This document shows positions 1 through 12,076 of a stretch of 64,000 bases of DNA, piece by piece. Within the stretch, counting starts at the first letter, position 1; every line of letters begins with the position of its first letter. Position numbers and translations under genes: made by a program. The notes below the pieces were generated by a model. The model searched no databases, was not told where the DNA came from, and worked only from the letters and a program-made list of their open reading frames with translations. The stretch lies in contig MU004187.1 in NCBI GenBank assembly GCA_010093605.1, forward strand, positions 310,001 to 374,000, in the 5' to 3' direction. The stretch comes from Lophium mytilinum. Lineage: Eukaryota.

Positions 1-107
1 TCGGCTCTGACAGAAGAATAGTTCATCGGAATGTCCTAATATATTATAGTAGTACAGTAATCGGTTTCCGCCAAAACGCCAAACACCATATGATCTCCAC
101 GCCTGAA

Positions 108-953
108 CTACCGGAATTTGCTAACGATAACCGCAACGATGAGCAACACAAGTACGGTGATAATGGCGATGGTAATTATCCGATTTGTAGCCATCCTGAT
201 TCCGTTAGTGAGTGCTGCTACGCGCAGAGAGAAATCAAGGGGAGATAGTACCTACGGGCCATACCCCGCAACGTCTTGATGCTCCGGTCGGTATAGCTTT
301 CGCTCTCCAGTAGCGTTCCTCTAGTATGCTCAATCGTCTCCCTCTGTCTGCTCAGATCCGCCAGTGTGTTCCGTCCGATATCCTCAGTCTCCAGTGCGAT
401 CCTCTGACTTTCCCGAAGACGGCCGCTGCTTCGCTCCAAACGGTCCGTGCCGGAGAGCAGCTGCTGGCGCTGCTCTAGCTGGTCGTCTGTGGTGGGAGCG
501 TCTGTGTATCGGGATCCAAAGAGCGCTTTGCGGTCGTCCGACAGCGACTTCAGCTTGCGCTTCTGAGAGTCAATGTCCGATTCGTAGTTGCGAAAGCGTT
601 GGTTGATCTTGGACTTGGCGGGGGCTGGGATGTTGGGTTTCTCGATGCGCATTTGGTCAATCTGCAGAGAAGCACTGCATTAGCATATTGCGATATAAGG
701 GTCATTGATACCGTGGTTGAGGGTCTATAGCGACTGCAACTCGCTGTCGTCATTCATCAGGCACCAGACTTACAATCTCGTTGGCCTCCTCTAACGCTCG
801 TTCTGCCGCCCGGACAGCAGCCTTTCGAGGCTCGCCTGATAGTTCTGGGATTTGGTCCAGTTTTTGGTTGAGGTCGGCTTGCACGAGTTTCAGCTCGGCT
901 TCATAGCTGCTGAAGCGCTCCGAGCCAGCGTCCGAGTCGAGGATGTTTGCCAT
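108..953 (-). CDS. VTI1: Vesicle transport v-SNARE Vti1 (3 exons; introns 662-773 and 196-251)
   Basis: N-terminal Habc-like helix (FSSYEAELKLV), SNARE coil (RLRESQRIALETEDIG...LSRQRETI), C-terminal TM (IITIAIITVLVLLIVAVIVSKFR*); GT-AG junctions keep frame. Confidence 0.93.
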
Positions 954-1686
954 GACGAGGACTGAGGAAGGCGAGGATGTTATGAACAGTCAAAGGCGAT
1001 GCTGAGAGTAGAGGATATATCGTGAGTTCAGGCGATCTGTCGTGGCACTCGGGGGCGGCTTGATGGGTTATGAAGGTCGGAAGATGCAAGGCACATGGGT
1101 AACAGTTGACGTCTCCAATCCTGGAGGCGCAGGCCGCATGATCCTGGTAGCTTGGCGTGCACAACTCTAGTTATGCAATACTAGCGCCGGCAGTTTAGTG
1201 ACTACCTAAGGAAATTTTGTCATGATAAAACGTTTGTATAGCAGCTAGTTAGTTTAAGTAACTTATAGACTAGAACAACCCACAACCCAGACGGCGCCTT
1301 ATGAGGTTTTGAAAGCATAATTGTACATAGACTACCTGGGTATCAACGAGGCATCACAAGTGTGTATGTCCGCTTACCACTGACTGAGGTACCTCCACGC
1401 ATTATCTAAATTCAGTTAAACCTCTTTTTGTTATATCCCTGCATCCCTTGTAGGTGATCTGTGAATACTGGTATGCCGCTGCTTGACTTGCCTCGAGACA
1501 CTTTGAAGAGTTCAAACAAGGTCATCTGCTAAGTTTTTTGGGGGACTTCAGACGACGCTCTTAGAAGTTGTGAAAGGCCTTATGCCGCATGCCCTTGCCG
1601 CCCACGTGATCGGCTCCACTAAAGTTTTCTAACGCCTCACTAAAATTGCTGATCGCGAAAATCCACCACCTGCACAGCTTCAAAAA

Positions 1687-3792
1687 ATGGCACCGCCAAA
1701 GTCACAAAAGGCGTCAAAAGACAAAGATGGACCCATTACGGACCCAAGATTCACAAATTTCCAAACCGATCCACGGTACCGGCTTCCGTCAAGACGCCAC
1801 ACGCATACGAAGCTCGACAAGCGCTTTGCGCACATGCTCAAGGATGACGACTTCTCTCAAAAAGCTAGTGTCGACCGGTATGGACGGAAAGTCGCCAGTG
1901 ATTCAGGCCGAAAAGGGCTGGAGAAGTTCTATCAATTAGAAAATAGTGAAAATGAAGACGAAGAGGAGGACGAAGACGAAGACGAAGAGGAGGACGATGA
2001 AGACCAAGCTGTCCAGAAAGAGTTGGAGAGAGTGGGTGCCAAGTACGATCCAGCGCGAGAAGGCGGCTTTTCATCATCCTCAGAGGACGATAGCGAAAGT
2101 GAGGCCGAAGTCGACGACGAGGACGTGGAAGAAGCCGAGTTGGCGCAAAGTGTAGAAATTCCGATGGGAGAGGTCTCATCACGGTTAGCGGTCGTGAACC
2201 TCGACTGGGACAATATCCGTGCCGTGGACCTCCTAGCAGTATCATCAAGTTTTGTGCCAGCAGAGGGTCGCATCCTCGACGTCACGGTCTATCCTAGTGA
2301 GTTCGGACGCGAGAGGCTGGAGCGGGAACGGGTAGAAGGACCACCAAAAGAGATATTCGCTGCCGCAAAACGTGCTGAACTCGATTCCGACGAATCACCA
2401 GACGCTTCCGATGTTGATTCTGACGCCGAAGACGAAAAGATCAAGAAAGGATTGCTCGAAGAGGACCAAGGAGACGAGTTCAATTCTTCGGCTTTACGTG
2501 CCTATCAGCTTGATCGACTACGCTACTACTACGCTGTCATCACCTGTTCTTCCACAAATGTAGCCAAATCACTATACGACAACATGGACGGGCGGGAATA
2601 CCTCTCTTCCGCCAACTTCTTCGACCTCCGCTTTGTACCCGATGATGTAACATTCGACGACAAGCCCCGCGATGAGTGTACTTCACTCCCCGATTCCTAC
2701 CGGCCGAACGAGTTTGTGACCGACGCTTTGACCCACAGCAAGGTAAAATTGACGTGGGACGCAGACGACAACACTCGAAAAGAAGTCCAGAAGCGTGCCT
2801 TCTCGCGCAAAGAGATCGACGAAAACGATCTGATGGCGTACATTGGTAGCGACAGCTCTGGAGCCGAAGAGGAGGACCCAGCCGCAGGAAATCAATCCAA
2901 AGGCAGCAAAGCGGCTGCTCTTCGTGCAAAACTTGGACTAGGTGATGGATCATTAAAGCCAGCAAAGAAGCGGGAAGCAGGGGCTCCTCTGGGTGACATG
3001 CAAATCACATTCTCCGCAGGCCTATCAGGATCTGCCTCAAAAGGTTCAGTTTTCGAGAACCAGCCGGACGATAACGAGACAACAATTGAGAAGTATACAC
3101 GAAAGGAAAAGGAAAAGAAGGCACGGAAGAAGGAGAGACGAGAGGCGGAGCGGAGTGGCACTGATTTGACTGCTCAATCTAGGCCATCAAAAGAAAAGAA
3201 ATTGGAAGTAGTAGACGCAGAGGACGCTTTCAATGACCCCTTCTTCGACGACCCGGAGGCTGTTTCTCGCGAGCATGTGAAAGCTGCCCGAAAGGCAGAA
3301 AAGGCCAAAAAGCGCGAAGAACGAGATAAAGAAGAGGCAGCTTCAGCGGCCCAACGTGCCGAGCTTGAACTGCTCATGGTGGATGAGGACGCAATGGGCG
3401 CTGCCGGTATTCGGCACTTCAACATGAATGAGATTGAAAAGGCCGAGAAGCAAGCAAAGCGAAAGGGGAAGAAGAAGGGCAAAAAAGGTGAGGAAGAGAA
3501 GGTTGCGGTCACAGACTCTTTCCAAATGGACGTCAAGGATCCCCGATTCTCGCGAATCTTTGAAAACCACGAATACGCCATCGATCCTTCAAATCCAAAA
3601 TTCAAGGGGACAGGGGGAATGAAGGCATTGCTAGAAGAGGGCAGACGGAAGAGGAAAGGGGGTAAGGTCGAGCAGGGCGTCGATCCAAGTCACAAAAGGG
3701 CAAAGAAGTCGAAGAACACCGAGGAGAAGGGAGACCTCGGAGACCTCAAGAAGCTGGCCGAAAAGGTGAAGGTCAAGTCGACCTTGGCATAG
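1687..3792 (+). CDS. ESF1: Pre-rRNA processing protein Esf1 (NUC153 domain)
   Basis: DPRF...DPRY N-terminus, RLAVVNLDWDNI, YQLDRLRYYYA, FFDLRFVPDD, C-terminal DPRFSRIFENHEYAIDPSNP. Confidence 0.95.
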   Translation: MAPPKSQKASKDKDGPITDPRFTNFQTDPRYRLPSRRHTHTKLDKRFAHMLKDDDFSQKASVDRYGRKVASDSGRKGLEKFYQLENSENEDEEEDEDEDEEEDDEDQAVQKELERVGAKYDPAREGGFSSSSEDDSESEAEVDDEDVEEAELAQSVEIPMGEVSSRLAVVNLDWDNIRAVDLLAVSSSFVPAEGRILDVTVYPSEFGRERLERERVEGPPKEIFAAAKRAELDSDESPDASDVDSDAEDEKIKKGLLEEDQGDEFNSSALRAYQLDRLRYYYAVITCSSTNVAKSLYDNMDGREYLSSANFFDLRFVPDDVTFDDKPRDECTSLPDSYRPNEFVTDALTHSKVKLTWDADDNTRKEVQKRAFSRKEIDENDLMAYIGSDSSGAEEEDPAAGNQSKGSKAAALRAKLGLGDGSLKPAKKREAGAPLGDMQITFSAGLSGSASKGSVFENQPDDNETTIEKYTRKEKEKKARKKERREAERSGTDLTAQSRPSKEKKLEVVDAEDAFNDPFFDDPEAVSREHVKAARKAEKAKKREERDKEEAASAAQRAELELLMVDEDAMGAAGIRHFNMNEIEKAEKQAKRKGKKKGKKGEEEKVAVTDSFQMDVKDPRFSRIFENHEYAIDPSNPKFKGTGGMKALLEEGRRKRKGGKVEQGVDPSHKRAKKSKNTEEKGDLGDLKKLAEKVKVKSTLA

Positions 3793-4545
3793 TTTCGAGT
3801 TGTACAGTACTTCTACTGTCAATGATACCACGAGTTGCGCTAGTATGCCCCTTCTGTGTGCGCTTAATTTTTACTGAAGGGTCCCTTAGAGGACCGCAGA
3901 ACAACTACCAATGCAATCAGCAATACCAGAAGGCTGCACCAATGTCTTGCCATAGGTTTGTGTACAGTTGTACGTCGCCGTTCAAGCTTCTTTCGAACCC
4001 TTTCACCCATTTCCACGAGAAGTAATCGTATTGTCTTGAACCATAAGCAAATCACCTAAGCCACTTCAGACAGTAGTGTCTGAGAGCTTGTGATAGTTTT
4101 ATGTGTATGATTTCGATGATGTACCAAAGCATGGTAGTCTACATAGCTCTATTCTATGACCGAAGCGGCTTCGCTGCCTGCAGAGAGCGATTTTGACGTG
4201 TTTCAAGGGATTTTGATTACTTCATTGAAGTACCATAGACACTATTAGATATATGTACATACATGAATCAAGCCTCCTATTGTCCATCCCTGGGGCATAC
4301 AAGCCCCACTGTACCGCAAAAAACAGTTGACTAGTTCCTAGCCTGTGAAGATACTCCAAAGTTTCTTCTCGTAGAATATTCTAGTCAAGTCAAAGTCACG
4401 TGATGTCGCGTCGTCGGCCCAAGCTTAAGCTCTTCTGGTCCGTTAAAGCGACCATCCCCTTGCAGATCCACACACCCGATTACTATTTCACTTTTGAAGC
4501 TTCGAACACCTCCTTGACAGCCAGCTGACCACTCTTGTCTCAAAT

Positions 4546-6169
4546 ATGCCTCGCGCAAAGAGACAGTTAGCAGAATCAGACGGCAATGTGGCCGCGGCCA
4601 GCGCGTCGACAGCTCCAAACAGAGCGAAGCGGTCGAAAGTCGCGACGGAGAAGAACAATGCCAGCGGCAATGCCTCTATCGCCTTGGAGGCTCCTAAGAA
4701 AGCTGCTCCGAAGCGGTCGAAAGCCTCGGAGAAGGTGAAGGATGGCACCAGCGCGGATGCTCAGCCTCCCACTGCTACTATTAGCAACGTGAAGGCCGCG
4801 GAGATGGAAAAGGAGAAAGACAATAATTCTGGGCCTGCTACCAAGGGCAAGAAGCAGACGCTAAGGGAGAAACATGAGGCCGAGAACGCTGCTGTAAGAC
4901 AAACCCTTCTCATTTTATACATGGCAGTTTAGATCTCTTTGATGAGATCAATCATGTTTATAGAGGTCTCCTATGAAGCTAACGTACAACCACAGCAACA
5001 ACGAGCAATCCTTGCGAAAATGGCATCCCCAGAGGGTCTTGAATACCGCTGCATTTCTCGTCCTTGGGAAGACCGAAAAGCCGAATGGGCCGATGACGAA
5101 GATATGGATGAAGAGCCAGATGAGAAAGAAGAGGAGCGGTGCATTAAGGAAAACAAGAAGTATACAGAAGCTAAGCCAGACGAGGTACCGGAATGGCCGT
5201 GGGTTGTTACCAAGATGGGCAACTATCTGGTCAATGAGTACACCGACCAGGCGCGACGTAGGGACCAGGACGAATTTGGCATGTACGTCTATAACGACTA
5301 CAATGGATATGGGCTTCAGGAAGTGGTGGAGAACCAGGTTGGTACCCTCGATTTCCGAAACAGTCTGCTGGGGTGAGACGGATTTACTAATAGTTAGTAG
5401 CTCGTTGCGTTCCACGAAGAGTATACGAAGAAGGACTCCGATCCCCATCGCGTGTTTGTGCATATGGAGGCCATGGCACTTTGGCTGTTCACTAGTGAGC
5501 TTGCGCCTTGGGTCGGTAAGTGATCTCGAAAGTGTTTGTCTAGGATTGCGATTTTTAATTGACTTATTTCAGGTCTCGATGATGGCGACCGTTTCTGTGC
5601 AACTGTAGACACCATCGGAAGAGCACTCCTCACTGCCCTGAATGCCCTTGAACGTGCTGATCTCCTGAAACCCGACTCGAAAGTCAAAAACCTACCTATG
5701 GTGCTGTCCATGTTCCTTTCTATTGCAGATGATCTAGATGGCGTTGGGGCTCTTGAGAACGACATGCTCGGTGCAGACAACGACCGGACATGGCTCCACG
5801 CTGTAGTGGCCTACGCGCAAGCACACGATATTGATCTCAAAGGCAAGGGCATATACGGTACTGCAGAGGCAGTTTACAAGTTCGACGGCATGGATATGGA
5901 AGATTTCAAGAAGGCGGGCCCCGATAGATGGGGCTTCAAAACGGTGGTATGTTAGCCCTTCCATTCTGCAAGATCCTTGTCACTGATATCTGTCATGACA
6001 GTTCAAGACCTTCACAGCGCATTGGGCCGCGCCGTCTGGTCCGAAGAAGAAGACGCTTGGAGGAGAATCCTTTGATATCATCAAGAAATCGGCTGCGTAT
6101 CGTAAGAAGCATGCATTCGATCGTAAAGACCCTCTGGATATGATGGATCCCGATCGCCTTATTCATTAG
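4546..6169 (+). CDS. Hypothetical fungal protein with K/A-rich N-terminus, multi-exon
   Basis: Consecutive + ORFs joined by plausible GT-AG introns; motif DQDEFGMYVYNDYNGYGLQEVVEN; last exon ends KKHAFDRKDPL...IH*. Confidence 0.7.
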
Positions 6170-6713
6170 TCGGACGTCTTTCCGGACTTTGCAATCTTTT
6201 GCTACAACCGAGATTGCTGGTTTCAAATTGGGACTCTTGGTTGGCATTGTTCAATACAGCAGAGGTACAGGGAAACTTGGTAAGACATATTGTCCTGGGA
6301 GCTTGGAGTTAATTTCACATGCGATGTTTAGATAGTTGGTGGACCGTTCACTTTGGGGGTCTTTTGGGTTTCTCAATACTTGTAGATTAGTTCCTCTGGC
6401 TGCTCTAGAATCATCTTCTGGTCAATGTGCATGTCACGTGCTGATTGCCTGATTGATTGATAAGGCTGTCGTGGGGCGAAATTCGACTCTTCGAAAAATA
6501 ATCGCCCCTCGTCATTGTGAAAACTAACCCCCTCACACACCTTCTCACCAACATATACCCCTCGCGACTTGACGGCGCCCCTAGACGGCCAAAGAGTTCC
6601 TAAAAGCACCATCACTGGATATCGCTTTACGCCTGACTTCACGAAGCAGGCGAGTGACCACCTAGAATATTAAGGATCCTTCTCTTCAACCACCCAACCC
6701 CAATTTTGACATC

Positions 6714-8473
6714 ATGTCTATGGAGGTCGACCAGCCCATCAGCTTCCAGCCGGGAGTTGGAAAGACTGCTACCATTCTTTGTTGTAACTGCGGAGCACCC
6801 ATCGACGGCACAGTCTCAGGTAACATCCCCATCCCGGTGGTTTCTCTTCATTTACTAATAGTGAATAGCCGGCGCACTATGCGGCGACTGCATAAAAGCA
6901 ACCATCGATATCACCCAAGGGATCCAGCGCGAAGGAACGCTCCATCAGTGCCGCGATTGCGATCGATGGCTTTCACCCCCGAATCAGTGGCTTGTGGCTC
7001 AGATGGAGAGTCAAGCACTACTTGCCATATGCCTTCGGAAGCTTCGTGGGATAAACAAGGTCCGACTCACAGACGCATCGTTCATCTGGACGGAGCCACA
7101 TTCGAGGAGGATAAAGGTGAAGATCACAATACAGTCGGAGTTTGAAGGAGCCATTCTTCAGCAGACGTTCGATGTGGAGTTCGTACAGGCGTCGCAGCAG
7201 TGCCCGGAGTGTGCGAAGAGTTACACACACAATACCTGGAGAGCGGTAGTCCAAGTTCGGCAGGTTCGTCTCGCTAGAAACTGCGTGTTGCCGCGCATAA
7301 ACTAACTTCATCGTAGAAAGTACCCCATAAGCGCACATTCTTGTTCCTGGAGCAGCTTATCCTAAAGCACCAGGTATGTCATGATAGCGTTTCTCGGTAA
7401 AAGTGTGGTTTTAACGTTGACAGGCACACAACAATGCGATCAACATCAAAGAGTCATCAGAGGGTATCGACTTTTTCTTTGCGCAACGAAATTCTGCTGA
7501 GAAGTTTGTTGGTATGTTACTGAAAGTTACGATTTGATATTCCACCACTAACAATATCACAGACTTCCTAAAGTCGGTTGTCCCATGCAACATGAAGAAA
7601 TCATCGGAGCTCATTAGCAAGGACATTCACACATCGACAAGTCAATACAAATTCACCTTCTCCATCGAACTCGTCCCGATCTGCAAAGACGATCTAGTGG
7701 CTCTCCCCATCAAACTCGCCAAATCCATTGGAAACGTCAATCCCCTCACTCTCTGCTACCGGATAGGAACCTCAGTGAACCTAATAGACGTCACGACCCT
7801 GCAGACCGCCGATGTCTCCACTGAAATCTACTGGCGAGCTCCATTCCGCCCTCTAGCCGACGTTCAGGAGCTCGTCGAGTTCGTTGTCCTCGATATTGAG
7901 CCACTCGGTCCCTCGAAGGGTCGGTTCGCTCTCGCTGAAGCTACTGTCGCGCGGGCCTCTGACATGGGCGCCAACGATGCAACCTTTTACACCCGGACAC
8001 ATCTCGGCGGTGTACTACACCCTGGCGACTCTGTCATGGGTTACCTCATCACTGGCACGAATTACAACAATCCGCACTTCGACGCTCTTGAGGAGTCCAA
8101 GTATGCGAGCACCATCCCGGATGTAGTATTAGTGAAGAAGCACTACCCACGCCGCAAGAAGGGCAAGAGCCGCAACTGGCGTCTCAAGCGCATGGCGAAG
8201 GAGGAGTCGGAGATGGCACCGCGGAAACAGGATCAAGCCCGTATGGAGCAGGACTTCGAGATGTTCCTGCGGGACGTCGAGGAGGATACTGAGCTCAGGG
8301 CTGGCTTGGCAGTTTATAAGGCACAGCAACAGGCGAAGGCGGATAAGGCGGCAGCGGACGCAATGGAGGAGAGTGATGATGACGAGGAAGGTCCTGTTAT
8401 ACCGATGGAGCAGCTACTAGATGAGTTTGAGGATCTGACTATGGCGGATGAGGACGGAGTAGAGGTGAAATGA
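6714..8473 (+). CDS. NMD3: 60S ribosomal export adaptor Nmd3, multi-exon
   Basis: ILCCNCGAPI, DASFIWTEPHSRRIKVKITIQ, QCPECAKSYTHNTWRAVVQVRQ, ELVPICKDDLV, RTHLGGVLHPGD. Confidence 0.96.
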
Positions 8474-8736
8474 GGTATATAAGCTAGCGGCTAGGTCTGC
8501 CCTCAAACTTGACTATACCCAGCTACCGATCGGGCGCAGGAGTAACTTGCATTTGCGAGAAAACAAACTTCAATGAAAACAATTTCCCACACATGAGTGA
8601 TACCATGTTCACAAACTCGTTCCAATCATGCAATAGTCGTCGAATTTCTAGGCTCTCATAAAACATGGTGCCTGCAAGAGAACGATATCCACAAACGCCA
8701 ACCAGCCCATTTTATGTGCCCTCACAGAAACGGAAC

Positions 8737-10291
8737 CTAGGCAGCCTCAAATGCTGTTGCTTTAACTGCTTCCGCCTCAACTGCCTTCGTCCTAACCGGT
8801 ACATTATCCACTGACCTGATTTCCGGCACGTCAAACTCATACCCAAACACACTCTTCAACTTCTCCGCCTTCTCCAGCCGCTTCTGCTGCTCCTTCTTCA
8901 CCTTACCAATCCAGCTTTTCCTATCCGACCCGTGCTCCAAGTCCTTACGCAACATGGCATTGCGCGGCGCGGGCTTACGGAACCGCTTCCCAGCGCCCTT
9001 GAACAGCTCCTCGTGGACCTGTGCTGAGGGCACGACGCGCACCTGCAGCAGGCGCTGGAAGAGGAGGTAGTTGTTCATAGTGCGGGCGACGATGTCGGCG
9101 ACGTCGGCGGAGGCGAATTCGATAAAAGCGTAGTGCTTGCTCTGGCCGGTGCGCTTGTTGCGCGAGAGGCGTAGGCGCTTGATGTGGCCGAATTGGGAGA
9201 AGTAGGCTGTCATTTGGTGCTCGTAGAAGCCGTGGGGGACGCGGCTGGGCTGTGTTAGAAATGAACATATAAATTGAAGTTAAGGGATTGAGAATGGGGT
9301 GGGGGTGCTTACCCAACGTATATCACGCCTGGCTCACCACCGCTCTGGCCGGCCTCTTTCAATTGCAGTTTTAGAGCGTCGGAGGCGGGAACGTCGGGGA
9401 GGTGGTCGAGGTCTACGCCTTCGTTGTCGCCCTCGCCTTCGGCTTTTGAGGCGTCGGCTTCGTCTTCGCTGCTCTCGAAGCCGGCGAGGAGGGCCGCGGT
9501 CTGGTCGTCTTCGACATCGCTGTCGGATTCTTCTGCTACGATAGCAATAGCCGTCTCCTTCTTGCTTTTCTTGCTCTTTCTGCTGCCCTCGGTCGCGGTA
9601 ACCTTCGTTTTCTTCGCTTTGGGTGTTTCCTCAGTGGCTAGCTTGACATCGGAGGCGGTGTCGGGAGTTATGGCCCGCTTGGCGGGGACTTTAGGAACAG
9701 GCTTGTCCTTTTTCGCTTTTTTTACTTTCTTGCCCTCTTTACTAGCGGAATTGTCCTTGGTAGCCTTCTCAGTGACTAACTCGACATCGGAGGCGGTATC
9801 GGGAGTATTCGCGCGCTTGGCGACAGTTTTGCGAACGGGCTTGTCCTTTTTCTCTTTCTTGGCCTTTTTGTCGTCTTTGCTGGCGGACTTGTCCTTGGTG
9901 GAGGCCTTATCCTTCTTCGATGGCTTCCCCTCGACAACCTCCGGCTCTTTGGGGGCTTTCTTTTCCTTAGCAGCCTTTTTCTCCTTCGGCGCTTCCGTCT
10001 CCTTCACTTCGAGCTGTTCTTCCAGCATCGCGACTTCGTCTTTGGGCACTTTCTTCTCCTTGGGCGCTTTTTTCTCCTTGGGCGCCTTCTTCACGACCTC
10101 CACTTTCTCTTCTTTTGTCGCTTTCTTGGGCGTAGAATCCGTTGCAGGCGCTTCTGACTTCTTCGGTCGCTTGGTCTTGGGGGAGGAATCGGTCGTGCCT
10201 GAGTGGGGTGTTAGTAAATCGGACCAATCTATTATCGGAACATAATGTGCCTACTCTTGCGCTTCTGCGCTTTGGTAAGTTCGGGTGCCAT
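8737..10291 (-). CDS. NOP15: Ribosome biogenesis RRM protein Nop15/NIFK-like with long Lys-rich N-terminus
   Basis: GVIYVG|RVPHGFYEHQMTAYFSQFG...RLSRNKRTGQSKHYAFIEF...MNNYLLF RRM; ATG at 10291 (MAPELTKAQKRK); two introns. Confidence 0.88.
9620..9890 (-). repeat. Internal tandem duplication (2 x ~138 bp, 46 aa) in NOP15
   Basis: GACATCGGAGGCGGTRTCGGGAGT at 9645 and 9783; peptide SASK..KK.KK.KKDKPV.K..AKRA.TPDTASDV.L.TE occurs twice. Confidence 0.9.
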
Positions 10292-10643
10292 TGCGGTTGT
10301 CTTTTCGAATTTGTGTTGTAGGTAGAAAGTTGAAGTTCGCAAGCTCGAACTTTTCGGTCCCTGCGGCGCTAGTAGAAGGAAAATTTAGTGGGGTAGGAGA
10401 CCTATCAAAACCACATGGACATCTATCCTCCATCATTCACGCAACGTTGAAGCAATCTGCTAGCAACAACATATCTAGTATCGAAGAGTACTCTAAATCT
10501 ACTTTGCAAAGTTTCGAATCAGTGCGATCAAAATTGAGGCAGCAGTCATATGCGGAGGTCTTCCGCGCCTCTCTAAACTTTTTTTTGGAACACCTCCAGC
10601 TCAACTTCACCACCAAAGAAAGACACCATAGTAAACCACCACG

Positions 10644-11855
10644 ATGTCCACCGGGCCTTCCCAACCCCCTATTCGCTTCACGGGCTGCAAATCTCTCATC
10701 AATCGCCTCGTTCTCTCCACCCTCACCGGCCGTCCTATCCGCATCTCCCAAGTCCGCTCCACCAGCATCTCCAGCACGGGCTTCGCGCCGCACGAAGTCT
10801 CCTTCCTCCGGCTCCTCGACTCCATTACCAACGGCTCCAGTATCGACCTCGATTACACCGGCACTACACTTGTCTACCGGCCTGGTCTTATAACCGGCAG
10901 TGCGCCCGGACTCGGCACCGCAGGCGGCGTGCTACGCCATGAGCTCGAAGCGGGCTGCACAAGAGGCGTGAGCTACTTCCTACTCCCGCTCTGCCTTTTG
11001 GCGCCGTTTTCGAAGGCGCCAGTCAACGTCATCTTCACTGGCGCAGGGTGTATCACATCTGCGACTCCGACTGGTGACATTTCTGCAGATGCGGTGCGCA
11101 CAGCTATCCTGCCGCTCTTCGCGCAGTTTGGCGTGGAACGAAATATCGAGCTACGGATACTGAAGCGCTCGTGCCCAGGCCCCGGAGGAAAAGGTGGTGC
11201 CGGGGAGGTCCAGCTGATATTCGGACACCAGGTGCGGTTACCGAAGACGCTGCATCTGATGAATCCGGGACGGGTGAAGAAAATCAGAGGGGTGGCTTAT
11301 GCGACAGGCGTTGCGGCGGCGAATAATGCGCGGATGATTGAGTCGGCGAGGGGAGTGTTGAATGAGCTGTGCAAAGATACGTTTATTGCGTCGGATGTTT
11401 CTCCTGCGCCACTACTGCCGTCGCAGGATAGGAGTAATCCGGGTGCGAAGAGGAAGCTGGGGATCGGATTTGGGATATTGCTGGTCGCAGAGACGTCGAC
11501 GGGGTGTCTGTACTCGGCGGATGTGGGTAGTCCGCCTGAGGGAGGAGAGCCACCGGAGAGTGTGGGACGACAGTGTGCGTTTCAGTTGCTGGAGACGGTA
11601 GCGGCAGGCGGCTGTGTGAGTAAGGTTGCAGCACCCACGATGCTGATGCTCATGGCAATGGGAGACGGAGACGTTGGAAGACTGCAAATGGGGAGAAATG
11701 TGGTCGGTTCTGAAGAGATCATTGGGTTGGGTAGGGACTTGAGAGAGTTTGGATGCAGTGCGTGGGGTCTGAGGGATGCTGGAGGAGGAAGTGAGGACAT
11801 CGTGGTGAGCATTGTTGGTAGGGGAGTGGGTAACGTGGGGAGGAAGATTGCGTGA
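10644..11855 (+). CDS. RCL1: 18S rRNA biogenesis protein Rcl1 (RNA 3'-phosphate cyclase-like)
   Basis: RLVLSTLTGRPIRISQVRS, HEVSFLRLLDSITNGS, GRVKKIRGVAY, C-terminal GRGVGNVGRKIA. Confidence 0.95.
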   Translation: MSTGPSQPPIRFTGCKSLINRLVLSTLTGRPIRISQVRSTSISSTGFAPHEVSFLRLLDSITNGSSIDLDYTGTTLVYRPGLITGSAPGLGTAGGVLRHELEAGCTRGVSYFLLPLCLLAPFSKAPVNVIFTGAGCITSATPTGDISADAVRTAILPLFAQFGVERNIELRILKRSCPGPGGKGGAGEVQLIFGHQVRLPKTLHLMNPGRVKKIRGVAYATGVAAANNARMIESARGVLNELCKDTFIASDVSPAPLLPSQDRSNPGAKRKLGIGFGILLVAETSTGCLYSADVGSPPEGGEPPESVGRQCAFQLLETVAAGGCVSKVAAPTMLMLMAMGDGDVGRLQMGRNVVGSEEIIGLGRDLREFGCSAWGLRDAGGGSEDIVVSIVGRGVGNVGRKIA

Positions 11856-12076
11856 GTGGTGCGGCAACATGTAGTTATAGTGATATCCTCTTTTCCACTT
11901 AATGATGATGCCATGAACACAGAGATCTTTATATACGCTATCTTCTTCAGTCAAACCCTTCTACAGCTCTTGTACACTACTTATGACACATGTACACGAA
12001 GCCTGGAGTATATATATAAACCTCTCTAGCAAGCTTCGACCCTTTCGTCTATTCTCCTGGTATACATCCACTCCGC

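Noticed and set aside
1165..1300. Short TpA-rich patch between VTI1 and ESF1 resembling a RIP relic
   Set aside because: Too short, retains CpA/TpG, and shows no repeat or coding remnant
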